A DNA stretch of 64,000 bases. It comes from Lama glama (lineage: Eukaryota). Shown in pieces: positions 12,136-25,933 of the stretch. The notes under the pieces are model-generated. The model worked only from the letters and a program-made list of their open reading frames with translations, was not told the DNA's origin and searched no databases. The stretch covers positions 25,916,001 to 25,980,000 of the forward strand of contig CM052825.1 of NCBI GenBank assembly GCA_028534125.1. Direction: 5' to 3'. Each line of letters starts with the position of its first letter. Position 1 is the stretch's first letter. The position numbers were made by a program, and so were the translations under genes.

Positions 12136-14272
12136 ACTGCCCACTGCCTTGGCTGCCTGTGGGGAGGGTGACCTAATAGAGAAGGGCCCAGATTGGGGTG
12201 TGGAGGAGCCCGGGTGCTTCGGGAGGGCAGGGTTGGAGGGCAGGGCTGACCCTGGAGGGGTCCTAGGTCACCTCCTCCACACCCCCCACAGAAGGGAAAC
12301 CAAGGCAGATGTGGAGACATGGGACAGAACCTCAGATAATTCGGGGCTGCAGCTCTCCTGGGCCAGAACAGTGGGAGGACAGCACCCCGGGCACACGTGA
12401 GGGGGGCCCTGTCGGGGTCTGCTCTGCAGAGTGGCTCCCTGTCCCCCACATACCCCAAGGCCGCCTGCTCCCTCCTTGAGAGTGGAGGTGCCCCCAGCAC
12501 AAGAAAGACCTCCTCTTCCAGCAGGTACAGGGGACTCCCAGCTGTGGCGGCCCTGCTGGGTGAGCAGAGATTGTCAGGGGAGAAGGACAGGGAGCCTGGG
12601 GTGGGGTCTCCTGAGGGGAGCCCATGATCTCACAAGCTGGGTGCTCCCCAGGTTTGGCTGCTGGGTCCCAAAAGCACACTTTCCAGGGTGACTCTCCCAC
12701 AGTCAGTGGTCAGACCTGACCTTCACAAACCAGTAAAAACATCACAGAGAAAACTAGCTGAGCTTCCAATGGCCAAGTGGGCTCCAGTCACGGTGCAGGT
12801 CAGCCCCTGAGCTGTCCCCTGGGGTGGGGGCTGCCTGAGCTCCCCTCACTGGGGAGGTCCAAGGAGTGCTCCAGAAGGTGGCGGGGCCGAGGGCTGAGCA
12901 GGGAAGGGCCTGTCCCAAGCAGTAGGGGCTGGGTGACGGGTGACTGGAAGGACAGCGTCAGGGGTCACACACAGGGTTGGTGGGGGATCTACAGATGGGG
13001 GGAGTAACAAGGGGGTCAGACGTAGCAGCGGAGGAGTAGTGATGTTGCCTGTTCCCCCGTAGTGGGGGTGTTGGTCGCCAGCGTGCCAGAGATGGACATG
13101 TTTGTGAAAACTGACCCCAGGGAGGTCCGAGTGGGCAGTCAGGCATCTCTAGGTCTGTCATCTTCTCAGGCCAGGCTGGTGGAGAAGCTCTGGATGCCCC
13201 CCTCAACCCCTGCCTAGGGTACACCAGCCCCAGACCTGCTGTGAGTGCAGGGTTGGGGCCTGCGACTACTTAGGGGCCCACAGGTCCCACAACACGCAGA
13301 GGGGCTGCCTCTCCAGAAGCCAGGTTACCAAGACCTGCAGGGTGAGCCTGCAGATCTGAAGGGTGTGGAGCACCATAGGGCAGGCAGGCCTGGGGGAGGT
13401 CCTGGGACTGGGGGTCCTGCAGAGTTCCCCTACTCTACCTGGCAGCCCCACGCCCCTGCCACAGATACTCCAGATGGCTCCTTGATGACTTGGGAGCTGA
13501 GTACAAAGTTGGGGTGCAGAGGCAACTCGGGGCTGCCAGCAAGCCCGACCTTGATGTTCTAATGGGGCCATGGCTAACAACACCGTAAACCACTTGCAAA
13601 CCACTTGCAAACCTGCCATCAGGACAGGCCAGTGGTTTAACAAATGGCTTGGAGTTGCCCCATCCAAGCTAGTTTTGTGCCCGGTGCTTGCCCCCCGAGA
13701 GCACAGACCAGTGGCCTGGCCGTCCTCCCTGGGACCCGTGGCAGAGGATGGAGCTGCTGGGCCCAGAGCCTGGTCAGGCAATAGAGGGGCTTCTCCTCTC
13801 AGCTTGCCCGCTGGTGCTGCTTGGCCCACTGTCCCCACAGAGATGAAGCCTCTGGGTCACCTGCTTGGTCCTCTTGGGGCCAGGGTAGGGCCAACCTTCC
13901 ATGCCTGTGGACAGATGTGTGTGCACCTGTCCTCCCGAGGTCGGAGCGTCACCACTGCAGGGCCAGGGCCTCTCTGTGACCATCTCTTTCTGCTGCCTCT
14001 TGCAGCCCCACCAGGCAGGAGCAGAGGGGGGACACTGGAGGGCTGCCAGGCTCTCCCTGGGCCCTCTTCTCTCCCAGCCTGGCCCTGCCTGCCGAGCAGG
14101 TCAAGCAGGCCTCTCATTAGTGGCTAATTGCCATGTGCATCAGGCCTCCCAGGGCTGTTGCTGGGATCACACCTGTTGACAAGATGTGGCGGCCCCAGAG
14201 GGAAGGCACCGGTGTTGATTATGCTGCTAATGATGTGCTCATTGTCCACAGTAATTCCCTTCAACAAATAAA
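10738..14272 (+). pseudogene. Candidate unannotated multi-exon (unitary) pseudogene, possibly PH-domain containing
   Basis: Exon-like segments 10738-11071, 11682-11797, 11915-11976, 12481-12559, 12652-12687, 13284-13341, 13841-13884, 14006-14179, mostly with canonical AG/GT; AATAAA at 14267-14272. Lesions: TAG at 11063, frameshifts, one GC donor and one GAG acceptor. Family not identified. Confidence 0.35.
12089..12133. repeat. (CA)n microsatellite
   Basis: ~22 CA units with one interruption. Confidence 0.95.
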
Positions 14273-15397
14273 GCATGGCTCAACCCAGGGGTGCAATCTG
14301 GCTTCACAGAGAGCCTGAGGGGCTTGGTAGGGACCCCTCAGGCAGCCAGGGAACAGGCCCACATATTTGCCTACAGAAGGCTACTTTCTCTCTCAGATTC
14401 TAGAGTAAGAGGCACAGGGGCCCACTCTCACATCAGACCTGCCCTATTTGGGGTCCCCCCACCCCAGAGCTCAGAGTCTGGAGAAGACTTACAGGGCTGT
14501 GGAAGGGTCTGCAGGGACAAACCTGGAGGCTTTTTGTTTCCACATCCACTGAGATGGGGTGGGGGGAGCACGCAGGACCAGAAGAGATCTGGGGGATCTA
14601 CCCAGAACCCCTGAGTGTGAAGACCTTCACCTCAAAAGGAGAACCCTAGTTGACCATCCAAACTAACAAACAACATTTTCCCTAGCCTATAAAAGGTATG
14701 GAGGTGGCCTGAGAAGGTCTGGGTATGAGGCCAACCTAGTACTTGGACAGTTTTCTGAGGCAGGCCCCTGGGAAACGAGTCCCCTGTTCCACACAACCAC
14801 GGCCACGCAGGCAGGGGCTGGCCAACCCAGCAGTCTCCCCACTCCTCCAACCTGCCACTCCTGGGCCCCTAAACTCAATGCTAGGCACCTCTCAGCAGGT
14901 GACCCCACAGTGCTGGGGACAGCAGGACGTCCCTGATAGGGGGCGTCTTGGTGGGTCCTGTGGATCACGGGCACCTTGATTCCATGGGCTGCACATGCCT
15001 GCTCCTACATTCCAGCCACTTGGAGTCCCACTTCTTTATAATTTCTTGGGGGACCTTGACCCACAACACAGTAACATTGGAGGATGCACTAAGTGTTTTG
15101 AAGTTATATGTTTAGGAACATTTTTAATTTATTTTGGAAAAGACAAAATCCCTTCTAATTGTGCCCACCCTGGGTCATTTTATTCCCACCGCACACAGGC
15201 TGTCTGCCTTGAAAAGATGGCCACTGGCCCAGCCCCGGCTGTGTGGCAAAGTCCTCAAGGATGGTCCCTCCCTCCCACCTGTCCCCTGAGGGCCAACCTA
15301 GCCCATGTAGGAGGTGGTCTATGGCCAGGTGAGACAATTCTGTTAGGCAGCTGTCCTCTGACCCCTGGAAGTCCCACAAACACTTGGACCTGTGGCC

Positions 15398-15806
15398 TGT
15401 GGCAGGCTGAATGGTGAACCCCCAGATGTTTTTCCAGCAGAACCCATGAATCAGACCTTATTTGGAAAAAGATGCAATTAAGTCAAGGATCTCAAGAGGA
15501 GATCATCTTGGATTAGGGTGGCCCTAAATCCAATGACAAGTCCTTATAAGATAGGAGAGAAGACACACAGGTATCATGTGACAATGGAGGCAGACTAGAG
15601 GTATGCAGCCCAAACCTAGGAAGGCCTGGAGACCCCAGAAGCTGGATGAGGCAGGAAGCAGCCCCCTGAAGCCTTTGGAGCAGGCATGGGCCTGCCGACA
15701 CCTTCATTTCAGACTTCGTGCTTCCAGAACTGAGATAATACATTTCCGTTGTTTTAAGCCCCCCAGTTGTGGTCCTTCATTCCAGCAGCCGCAGGACACT
15801 AACACA
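15398..15806 (+). mobile_element. MaLR solo LTR (MLT1-type)
   Basis: TG...CA ends ('tgtggcaggctgaatgg'...'ggacactaacaca') with diagnostic 'ggtggccctaaatccaatgac', 'gccgacaccttcatttcagactt' and 'gttgttttaagcc'. Confidence 0.85.
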
Positions 15807-16342
15807 GGTCCAGTCCCTCGCAGGGTGAAATTCTGAGGCCAACTGGCAGGAGGGGTCAGCAGCTCCACATACCTTGGTGGAAACCCTGCTGCTCCCATCC
15901 AGCGATCAGATGGTCGTCTTTGGCCAGAGTGGATCTTGTGGGCATGTCCAGAGCAAGCAGAGGCCGAGCTCTGCACCTGCTCCAGTTCACGGAAAGGGAT
16001 GCCCACACACAGCCACAGCATCAGGACAGCTGTACAGGCCGACCTGCCTGGCCTTAGGAGCTCCGGCCCCTCCCTGTGTCCTCACCTGGCCCTTGCGTTC
16101 CCCCAAGTGTGTAAACTCTGGTATTGCACATGGGAAGTGCATGGTGAAAACTCGATAATGATGATGATGAAACAATTTGCAAACCATGAGAGCAGGCACA
16201 CCAGAGACAAGGTGCAATGCTGGCATAAGAGCTGAGGGTCTCTAGGGACAGACATGGCTGTGAGTTAATAAAAGACCCTCAAGGGGCTGAAAAGTCCCCA
16301 ATCCTGGCTCCACCCAGAGCAGGCAGGAGGAGGACCTGCCCT

Positions 16343-16344
<2 letters not shown>

Positions 16345-16386
<42 letters not shown>

Positions 16387-16403
16387 CAGAGAGAGAGAGA
16401 GAG
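16345..16403. repeat. Compound (GT)n(GA)n microsatellite
   Basis: Seen directly in the sequence. Confidence 0.95.
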
Positions 16404-16605
16404 CGCGCGAGTGAGCAAGTGAGCGAGCGAGTGAGAGCTCTGTTTTTTTTTAACGAGAAACTGACTCTGGTAGTCACCCAGGCACTCCTTCAGGGACAGT
16501 TCGGCCAATGGCATGAAACTGGACAGACCAGGGTGTACTTACTGCCTGGGCCTCTCAGGGACACCTTGAAGTGGCCAGCTTGAGTGGTAGCCTCTAGCCC
16601 TGTCG

Positions 16606-17175
16606 TTTTTAAATAGTTTCATTGAGATATAAATTCACATACCATTCAATTTGCCCACTTGAAGTGTGCAACTCAATGGTTTTTAATATATTACATTACT
16701 AATTTTCAAATTATGTAACAAGGTGAGGGAAAGTAATAGCTCAGTGGCAGATGCATTTTTAGCATGCAGGGGTCCTGGGCTCAATCCCCAGTACCTCCAT
16801 TAAAATTGAAATTTGCCACTGTAACCATTTCTAAGTGCACACTTTAGTGGCATTAGTTACATTCACAACGTTGTGCAAATATCACCACCAACATTTTTCA
16901 AAACTGAAACCCCCCTCCCAAGGCCCTGGTGGCCTCTAATCTACTTTCTGTCTCTATGGATTTGTCTGTTCTGCATGTTTCACAGGAGTGGAATCACATA
17001 CTAATGGTGTTTTGTGCCTGGCTTCTCTCGCTGAACATCGTGCCTTCAGGGTGCATCTACATTATAGCGTGTCCATTCTTCATCCTTCTATAGCTGAATG
17101 ATAGTCCATCATGTGTATAGACCACATTCCTTTATCCGCATCTACTGATGGACATGGGCTGTTTCCACCTTTTGT
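16606..17175 (-). mobile_element. LINE-1 3' end (L1MB-like), antisense, with an inserted SINE
   Basis: 'attgagatataaattcacatacc', 'ctactttctgtctctatggatttg', 'ctgatggacatgggctgtttccac' are typical antisense L1MB 3' strings. Confidence 0.8.
16725..16805 (+). mobile_element. Diverged tRNA-derived SINE (vic-1-like)
   Basis: 'tagctcagtggcag...ggtcctgggctcaatccccagtacctcca'. Confidence 0.7.
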
Positions 17176-18099
17176 CTAGCCCCTACCTTTGCTCCACTGG
17201 TTCTTGGGAAACGAAGACTGAAACCACTCTACATATCTACACATCAGGTTCTCCCCCTCCAGCATTAGAAGAACCTCCAACCTCAACCAGAGCCCCTTCT
17301 GCTGTAAACCCTCTCCACTACCCCAGCCTAACCAACCCTCATCCTGCCCCCAAATCCCAACAGCACTTGCTATTCTCACACGTATTTTGTAAACATCCCC
17401 CAGGGCATTTCAGTGAAACTAAGTTCTTTTTGTACTTGTCTGGTTCTAATAATGAGTGAGATCGTTGAGATTCCAGGCATTGTATCCCAGACCTTGGTCA
17501 GATATTGCCAGGATAGGGGGTGCTGGGCTTGGAAGCCCACCAGACACAGCCTCTGGGGAAAGCCCCTCTCGCTGCTGAGAAGGAAGTTTCTGTCCTGGAA
17601 GCCAGGAGGAACACCTGCAGGTGCCAGCTGGTGGGCCTCAGTTAACCCCACAGTTAACCCCTAAGCAGGTGGAGAGTTACCAGGTAGAGTCAAGGAGAGG
17701 ACAAGAACCACAAGAAGAGCATAGGCTGGGATGGGCCCCCTAGAATGTGAGATTGTGCCTAGCCAGTATTCTGGGGCTGAGCCTACCAGGGCACCTTCAG
17801 GGTTAGGCCGAAGTGGGGCCTGGAGATGTGCCAGACTCCACCACTGGAGTTTTCTGGAATGCCGCAATAAGAAGTGGTCATTAAATGTATATGATGACTC
17901 GAGAATTGAGTCCAGCAGGCAGCAGTCCTGTCTCAGGTTATGAAATCATACAGGAAATGAAGTTTTCTCAGGCTGGTCCCCGAAATAACCACAGACTCTC
18001 CCCACCTCCCCCAGAATTCTGGGCTCTGCACTAGGTTGCAGCCTTGGGAGGAACTTTTCCTCATCCCTGTCACTCTCATTTTCTTCCCTCTTCAACAGA

Positions 18100-18800
18100 A
18101 CTGGGCGCCCCTGTGTTCCTGGGGCCCTTCTGGGTTCTTGGGCTGCGCCCGGGACTACTTCTGCAAGCTCCCGAAGCGGAGATGCCGGAGCCGCACACCT
18201 GATCGTCAGGTGAGCCCGGGACCGCCCAGGAGGCGCCTCCCTTTCCCGCCGCCCTGCCGCCCCTCCGCCCTTACGGCGGGGAAAGTGAGAGGCTCCCGGG
18301 CCCGCCAGCAGGAGACGCGCGCCGCACCGGAACCCAGTCCCGGGGCCTGATGCGCATGCGCCGCACTGGCGCTTTCCGGCAGCGTGGCGGAACCACCTCA
18401 CCGTTTCGCGACGTTTGGCGACCCCTGTGTGCGGAAGTCGGCGGCAGTGTGGCGCCATGGCGTCGCCCTTCAGCGGGGCGCTGCAGCTGACGGACCTCGA
18501 CGACTTCATCGCGCCATCTCAGGTGGGCGGGCCGGGCGGCGGTCGTGCGCGGGGAGGTCCCCCACCGCAGTGTCTCCCCTGAGAGAGGGGCTCGGAAGCC
18601 GGGCTGTTGGGCCGCGCAGCCCCGGGGCGACCGCGTCCGCTTCCATGGCGGGCATGGCAACAGGAGTCACCTAGCTGGGGTGGCGAACTCAGGAGTGGGG
18701 CCGGGGAGACCCTACCAGGCTTCTCTGGCCGGCTTCTTGCGTGTGAGCAGGATGGGACGGCCCCACCCAGCTGCGAGGGCAAGGGAGGTGTCGTCGGTGT
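18100..18800 (+). promoter_or_regulatory. CIAO3 CpG-island promoter
   Basis: CpG-dense; NRF1 site TGCGCATGCGC at 18351-18361; ETS CGGAAGT at ~18432; GC boxes. Confidence 0.8.
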
Positions 18801-21800
18801 CGCCTTCGAGGAGTAAAGCAGAGCTTACTCTTAAAGGGAACGGGATAGCTGCACTTGAAAGGTGGCCGCCTTTATCTGGTGTACCTGCTTATCGATTGCT
18901 ACCAGCCATCCAGAACCAGGGCTCTGAGGGCCATAGTTAAGGAGTCCCAGAAAGAGGGGGCGGAGCTGGAGCACCGCACCAGAGCATCGCAGCAGGGAGA
19001 AGACAGGCCTCCCGCCAAGGCTTCCTGGGGCTGGTCGTCTTTGGGAATGCGATGGCCAGGGAGGTTTTCCAAGTGCTGAGAGAGACAGCGGGAACTTAAG
19101 GAGGTAGGGAGAGAAAGGAACTTTCTTCCAGGAACTGGGCTGGGAGGTGACCTCCAAGCAAAACTTTCCTTCTGACCCCTTGGCTTCCTCTCAGTAGCCA
19201 GTGAAACACTGGCCACTGGTCCTCTGTGCAGTGCCATGCCACCTGTTGACACTGAGGAAGGGTGAAGGGTCGGAGTTGGCTGTCTGCAGACAGGTTGGCG
19301 TGCAGACCCACTTAGCGCTGCCTCCATCTGACTGTGACCTGCAGAGTGACCCTTAGTGTAGGTGGGGTGTGAATGTAAGTAGAGTAAGTAGCCACACTGC
19401 CAAGACTGCTTCTGCTGCAGGAAGACAGGAATCGGGGCAGAGCCTTTGTCCCCCACAGCAGTGGTGTGGCCATCAGGCTGCCCCTCTTCCTCTGGAACCT
19501 TTGCACACTCAGGTCCCCGTTTGCGATCTCTTACTGGTGTAGGACTGCATCAAGCCCATGAAAGTGGATAAGAGGCCAGGAAGCGGCATGGCCAAGATCC
19601 ACATCGAGGATGATGGGAGTTACTTCCAAGTCAGTCAGGTGAGTTCCAGCTCAGGTGATTGAAACACATTTTGTTGCTCCATCTGATGACAAGTGCAGTG
19701 ACCATGGGACCCTCCACCTCTCACCAGTCTTTTCTCACTAGTCAAATTCATTGACTGCCAGGGAGGCTGGGAGAGATTGGAACCCTCAGGGATGGTGGGG
19801 AAGGAGAACAGAGGCTGAACATGGAGCAGAGATGGCAGTTCCCATGTTTCTCTCCCTCTCTCTCTGAATTCTAATTGTGTGAGATTTTCTAGTCCAGGTC
19901 ACTTGTTCTTAATGAATACCTACTTCCTGTGTGATTTAACAATGATAAGATCCTAATCTATCAGTGCTAAAATTTACCCCAACTCTTAGCCATCTGAATT
20001 CTCAAGAACATCCATTGCCATCACATGGACCACAGGCACCAGGCTCACCGGCCCAGGGACCCCTCCCAAGCAGGGAAGAGCCACAGGATGGCTCATGGTG
20101 GGGCCAGACAGTGGGATCCCAAGGTCATGGGGAAAGAGCCACTGTCTACTTAGTCCAGGAGGGTGACCCAGCAGCACACCATGGGTCCCACCCAATCCTG
20201 GCACAGCACGGAGACCCAGGGTAGGTGAGAGTGCCAGTGAGCCCTGCTTCAGGGCAGCAGTGGTTGATCTGGAGAGAAGTCAGAAGCACACCAGCCTCCT
20301 GCTCAGCACAGCGTCACAGTCTGGCCCTTCAGGCCCATCCAATTGGGAAAAGGCATTGAACTCAAGTTGTGGCTTAGGTGCATAGTGAGGCCTAGTGAGC
20401 TGGGCTGGAAGGGAGTTCTAGTCTCCTTCAGCCCTTAGGTCACATTCTGGGCCCCTGAAGCTCACCTGGCCCTGGCTCAGATCTTTCCTGCGTGTGAAGC
20501 GGGAGTAAAGGGGTTTTGCTGGGATCACTTGCATCTAAGAAGAGTTGCTGCATGTCAGCCTGGAGGCCTTGAACACCAAGTACTGGAACTGTCTGGCTGA
20601 GTCTGATGTGAGTGCCCCTCGTGTCCCTCTTGCACTCCACACTCCTCCAAGTGCCAACATTTGGCGGTCACAGCCCAGCAGGGCACAAGCTCCCACCATC
20701 TCCTGTCTTTGCCCCCTCCTCGTCATTGTGTCCTTTCTTCCTTCATCTCCACCCTGGCCTTTCTCCTCCTCCTCTTAGAGCCTGGCCTTTGGCATTTTCC
20801 TGTCTCCACAGCCCCATGAGTACAGCCTGGGGACCAACGACCCTCCAAGACCTCTGTGACCAGCCAGCTGCTTCTCTGTAGATTTAATGCTTGAGGCCTC
20901 CTTAGTGTGATTCTGACATGCCAGCCAAGTTTGTACCAAAGTTAGAATTTGGTGCTACTATGAAAATCTAGAATGTATATAAATATTTCTGTAATAAATA
21001 TTTAATTTCTAAAATTTTAGTGGGCACATAAAGCCATTCAGCTGCTGTGTTGTGAGCCAGAGAATGAAGGTTTCCTGTGGGTTCCGTTACCCTGAGCTCC
21101 ACCGCTTCATGTCTTCATGCAGCAGGGCCCTTGGTATACCGAGTTCTCTTGCTTCCAGGACGGAGGGACTAGGAGGCTGGAGAAGGCCAAGATCTCGTTG
21201 GATGACTGCCTGGCATGTAGTGGCTGTGTCACCTCGGCAGAGACCGTGCTCATCACTCAGCAGAGCCACGAGGAGCTGCGGAAGGTTCTAGGTGCTAATG
21301 AGGTAAGCGGTAGGTGGTCCTCAGGACTCTACTATAACCCGACATCAGCCCCAGCCTCGCTTGCTCGTGTTGTCTGAGCAGCTCATCTCCTGGTGACTCT
21401 TGGCATCTTTAAGTCTCATCAGTGGGATCTCAGTGAATTACTGGTCAGTATTCCATTGTTGAGGTGCTAGCCCTAAATGTTAGGTTCTCTGTGTACACAA
21501 AAATGACATGCCTTGATTGAGTTAGGGTCTGGTCTTGCTAGCCCTGGCCCACTGGGAGTCTGTAAAACACACAGAGTGAGTGGCATGTCCCTTGCTTTGC
21601 AGATAGCGGCACCTGGTCACCAGAGGCTGGTTGTCATCTCGGTCTCACCCCAGTCCAGAGCATCATTGGCTGCGAGATTCCAGCTAAATCCTACAGACAC
21701 TGCCAGGAAATTAACTGCATTCTTTAAAAAAATAGGTGGGTGCTGAACCTTGGGGAGCACTCCAGCTTGGACACAAGGCTCAGGGGGCGGTCTTCACACC

Positions 21801-24800
21801 TCTGGTCTTTGGACCTAAACGTATCAGAAACCCTATTTAAAGTTGACTTTAGCTTAAAGTTTTGATGATTGAGAGCAGTGCCTTTTAAGAGAAAACCGTC
21901 TGAATTCTGATGTTGCACTTTTGCGAGTCTGGAATTCACTCCCTCCTTGTGTTTTTTAAAAATTATCACCATCAAGGAGCATTTCCCAGGTCTGAGCTGG
22001 GTTCTGGCTCAGAAAAAAATAAAGGTTGGTTGACCTCTTTATGCCGGGAGCTGGCTGGGAGAGTGTGGGGAGGCTGTGGCATAGGCTGCTGTCCTGGACA
22101 CCGTGTAGGGTATGGCCTGGTCCTGGTGGCCACTGAGCTCAGAGGAGGTGAGCCCCAAGGAATCCAGGCTGGCCACAATGCCAGCGGGTCCTGTGACACT
22201 CCTGGGGGGCATGGTTGGCAGCACCTCACACTCCGGGTGTCCTTCTTAGAGGTGAAGTGGTGCTCTCCTTCCAGGGGCACACTACGTGTTTGATACCGCC
22301 TTCTCACGGAACTTCAGTCTCCTTGAGAGCCAGCGAGAGTTTGTGCAGCGATTCCGAGAACAGGCGGACTCCAAGCAGGCCTTGCCTGTGCTGACTTCCG
22401 CCTGCCCAGGTGTGTGCGCACTGGGGACAGGATGTTGACACCTGGATGTGGGCGACGGGAGTGCTGGGGGGGTGGGAGGAGCCCGAGAGTCACCTGTAGT
22501 CACTTCAGTTCCCTGAGGGGTGATTGCAGGGATGCTAGAGACGTGACAGGGACAGCAGAGTGGGGCCATTCCTCGGGGACCCTGACTCCTTGTGCAAGTG
22601 TGTCTACCCCCAGAACCTTCACGTCACAGCCCCATGTGCTCCCCATGTCGGCCTCAGGCTGGATCTGCTACGCCGAGAAGACCCATGGGAGCTTCCTCCT
22701 CCCTTACATTAGCACTGCCCGGTCCCCGCAGCAGGTCATGGGCTCCCTGGTCAAGGACTTCTTCGCCCAGCAACAGGTAACGGGAACCCTGCTGCTGTTG
22801 AGAGTCTGTGTTGTTTCCTTAAAAGTGAGTTCATGGACCCACACGCCAAACTGTGTTCCCTGCTGTGCCTGTGCCGTCACCCCTGCCTCAGCCTGGCCTC
22901 TTTGCTGCCTGGGTTGGGCAGCTGCTCCACAGTCAACGTTTCTCCATGCAGTGTTTGACCCCCGACAAGATCTACCACGTGACGGTGATGCCCTGCTACG
23001 ACAAAAAGCTGGAAGCTTCCAGACCCGACTTTTTCAGCCAGGAACACCAGTCGCGCGATGTGGATTGTGTCATCACAACAGGTGCAGATCCCTGAGCCCA
23101 GCTGGTGCTGTGTCCCCAGCGCAGGCCCTGGCACAGCTCCTCTGGCTCACGTCGGTCACCCCATCTCTGAGTTGAGCAGCCTCACAGGCTCTCAAGTGCT
23201 TAAAAGGCAGAGAAATGAACACCCTTCCGGCAGCCAGATAGCTTGAGGGATGGTTGCCCTCCAGGGACACAGTGCCCTGCCCACCTCCAGGTGCACTGTG
23301 AGGCGCCCTGGGGACGGTGCATCCACCTCTGTGGCTGAGTTCAGCCTCTACCCACGAGCCAGGGGTGGACACGTGGCCTCTGTGTCCAGGTCACAGATTG
23401 CTGTGGATGCAGGTGATGTGGGTGTTCTTGAACTGACTCTTGTTTTCCTTGACATTCAGCTGAAGAGCGTGTTCTGTGGTTTCATCACAGGAGAAGTTTT
23501 GAAGCTGCTGGAAGAGGAAGGAGTCTCACTGTCAGACCTGGAGCCAGCTCCCCTGGACAGTCTGTAAGTTACCACCTGTCACGGTGGAGGGGCAGGAAGT
23601 ATTTCCAGCATCAGGGTGCTCAAGATGTTAGGGTCATGGGTGTCCTGGTGGGCAGGAGATGTGACAATGTGGGGCTAGGCACTGTCCCTTCCTGCCTTCT
23701 CTGCCATGGCTCCTTTCTGATTGGTTTTGCTTCTGCCCCGTGGTATGTCTTGGTGTCCACAGAGACAGTTGAGTTCATGAGACAGGCCTGTGGACAATTG
23801 GCTGATAGTCATCAGAGCTGACCCCAACTTCATACAGGTCTCAGCTCCCCAGAACAGGTGACATGATGGAGGGGACAGGCCTTTCCCCATGAGCTGCCTC
23901 CTGACAGGGCCACAAAGCCCCTGTGGTCCATGACTCATTTTCCACTTAGCAGATGCTCTCAAACCTGAGAGACAGAGGTTACCCAGAAGCCTCAGCAGAC
24001 AGCAGCCCCAGTACCACCTGAGGCCATGCCCTCCTCCCCAGGTACAGCAGCGTGTCCCCCCAGGAGCCCACCAGCCATCGGGGTGGGGGCTCGGGGGGCT
24101 ACCTAGAGCACGTGTTCCGGCATGCAGCCCAGGAGCTCTTTGGAATCCACGTGACTGAGGTCACCTACAGACCCCTGAGGTCAGTGGCAAAAGCTGGAGC
24201 TTGGGGAACGGGGCAGCTGGAGCTCCAGGTCCCCTCACTGCAGTAGGCATGGAGGAGGATATCAGGGTGGGCTTGGCGTGGACCTTGGGGCACCAGGAAG
24301 CTCACATGAAAGGGCCAAAGTCTCTAGTCCTCAGTCTCCTCATCGTAGGAGTCGATGTCCTTACCCACAGCATGGTGGTCCAGGGCCCTGAGTAGCCCGT
24401 GGTGGCAGGACAGTGTTCCTGGCACAGGGTGTGTCCCCATGTCCTCGGTGGGAGGGCTGGGGCCTCCATGTCAGACCAGGAAACCAAGGCTGGGTGTAAG
24501 GTCACCTGCCCAGCTCGTGGAAGTGAGTTTTCTACCCTCCTCTGTCACTGTCCCCACCCAGGAGGGACTGGGCACACTGTGTGGACAACCGGGTCTGTGC
24601 TCCCCCAGGAACAAGGACCTGCAGGAAGTGACTCTGGAGAGGGAGGGTCAGGTCCTGCTGCACTTTGCTGTGGCCTATGGCTTCCGCAACATCCAGAACC
24701 TGGTGCAGAAACTCAAGAGGGGGCGCTGCCCATACCACTACGTGGAGGTCATGGCCTGCCCCGCAGGTGCGCAGACAGGGTGGGGCCCTCTGGGACCCCC

Positions 24801-25093
24801 AGGTGACGATGCCCTTCCCATGACCATACTCTTGCCTGTCCTTCCCTGCCACAGGCTGCTTGAATGGCGGAGGCCAGCTCAAGGCTCCCGACAGGCCTGG
24901 CAAGGAGCTTCTGCAGCAGGTTGAGAGGCTGTACAGCATGGTCAGGACAGAGGTGCCAGAGGAAGCGCCCGGGATCCAGGAGCTGTATGGGCACTGGCTG
25001 CAGGGTGAGGGCTCAGAGAGGGCCAGCCGCCTGCTGCACACAAGCTACCACGCAGTGGAGAAGGCTGGCTCTGGCCTTAGCATCAGGTGGTAG
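18457..25093 (+). CDS. CIAO3: Cytosolic iron-sulfur assembly component 3 (NARFL/IOP1), 476 aa
   Basis: 11 exons: 18457-18522, 19543-19638, 21159-21302, 21603-21735, 22275-22409, 22658-22776, 22952-23081, 23491-23563, 24042-24179, 24609-24766, 24855-25093 (1431 nt). Fe-S motifs [39 protein letters not shown] and the terminal Trp are present. Confidence 0.97.
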
Positions 25094-25933
25094 GAGGCCT
25101 CCAGTGTCTGCCGGGCCCACCGCAGCCAGTACCAGGATTCCCAGCAAGACATGTGGAGTCTCCAGCAGGGAAGTCACTCCAAGACCCCAGGGCTTGCCCT
25201 GAAAATGCTGGGTGAGCTACGGGGACATTGGAACCCACATAGAAATGGGATTCAGGACCCACAGTCAGTAAAGGTGACCTCCAGCCTGCACTCACCTGGA
25301 CTCTGCACTGCAGGGGCCTGGAGGTTTCACCAACTTCTGAACCTCTCTATGGGCCTGGAGCCCAGATCAGTGCTCTGGCTCCTGGCTGTGGTGGCCTGAG
25401 CTGTGAGGGTTTCAGCTAGTCCCATGGGGAGCTTAAGGCAGAGCAAGAGGGGGTTCCTCATCCCTCACTTCCAGAGTCAGTCCAAGTTGGGATATGGAGG
25501 GTGGTAACAAGCTGAACCTGCCCAGTTGGTTGAGCTCACAGCAGAGCGGGGGAACTCTGCCACACTGGGCAGCAGAGAACACTGGCTGGAGACAGGCACC
25601 TGGTCCATGACACCCTACCTGGGCGTGGGTCCCCCTGACCCCCATCTAGAACCAGGTGTTCTACAAAGCTGTGGCCTCTGGGGCCTGAGAACCTGCATTT
25701 TGGGGGCTGAGTCCTTGTGGGAGGCAGGCTCTGTTAGTGTCAGGCCTTAGTGGTCTTTCAGGCTGAGTCCTATGTCCACAGCTGGATCCCCACGTATAGG
25801 GCAGGGGGTGGGCCAATTGGGTTCAGCCAGCCAAGCTTGCCCCCAAGGAGCTCATCTCTAGTAAAGGGAACTCTATCTGAAAACTGCTTCTCTCCAAGAG
25901 TGTCTGCCACCATCAAGAAAGGCCTTTCACAGC

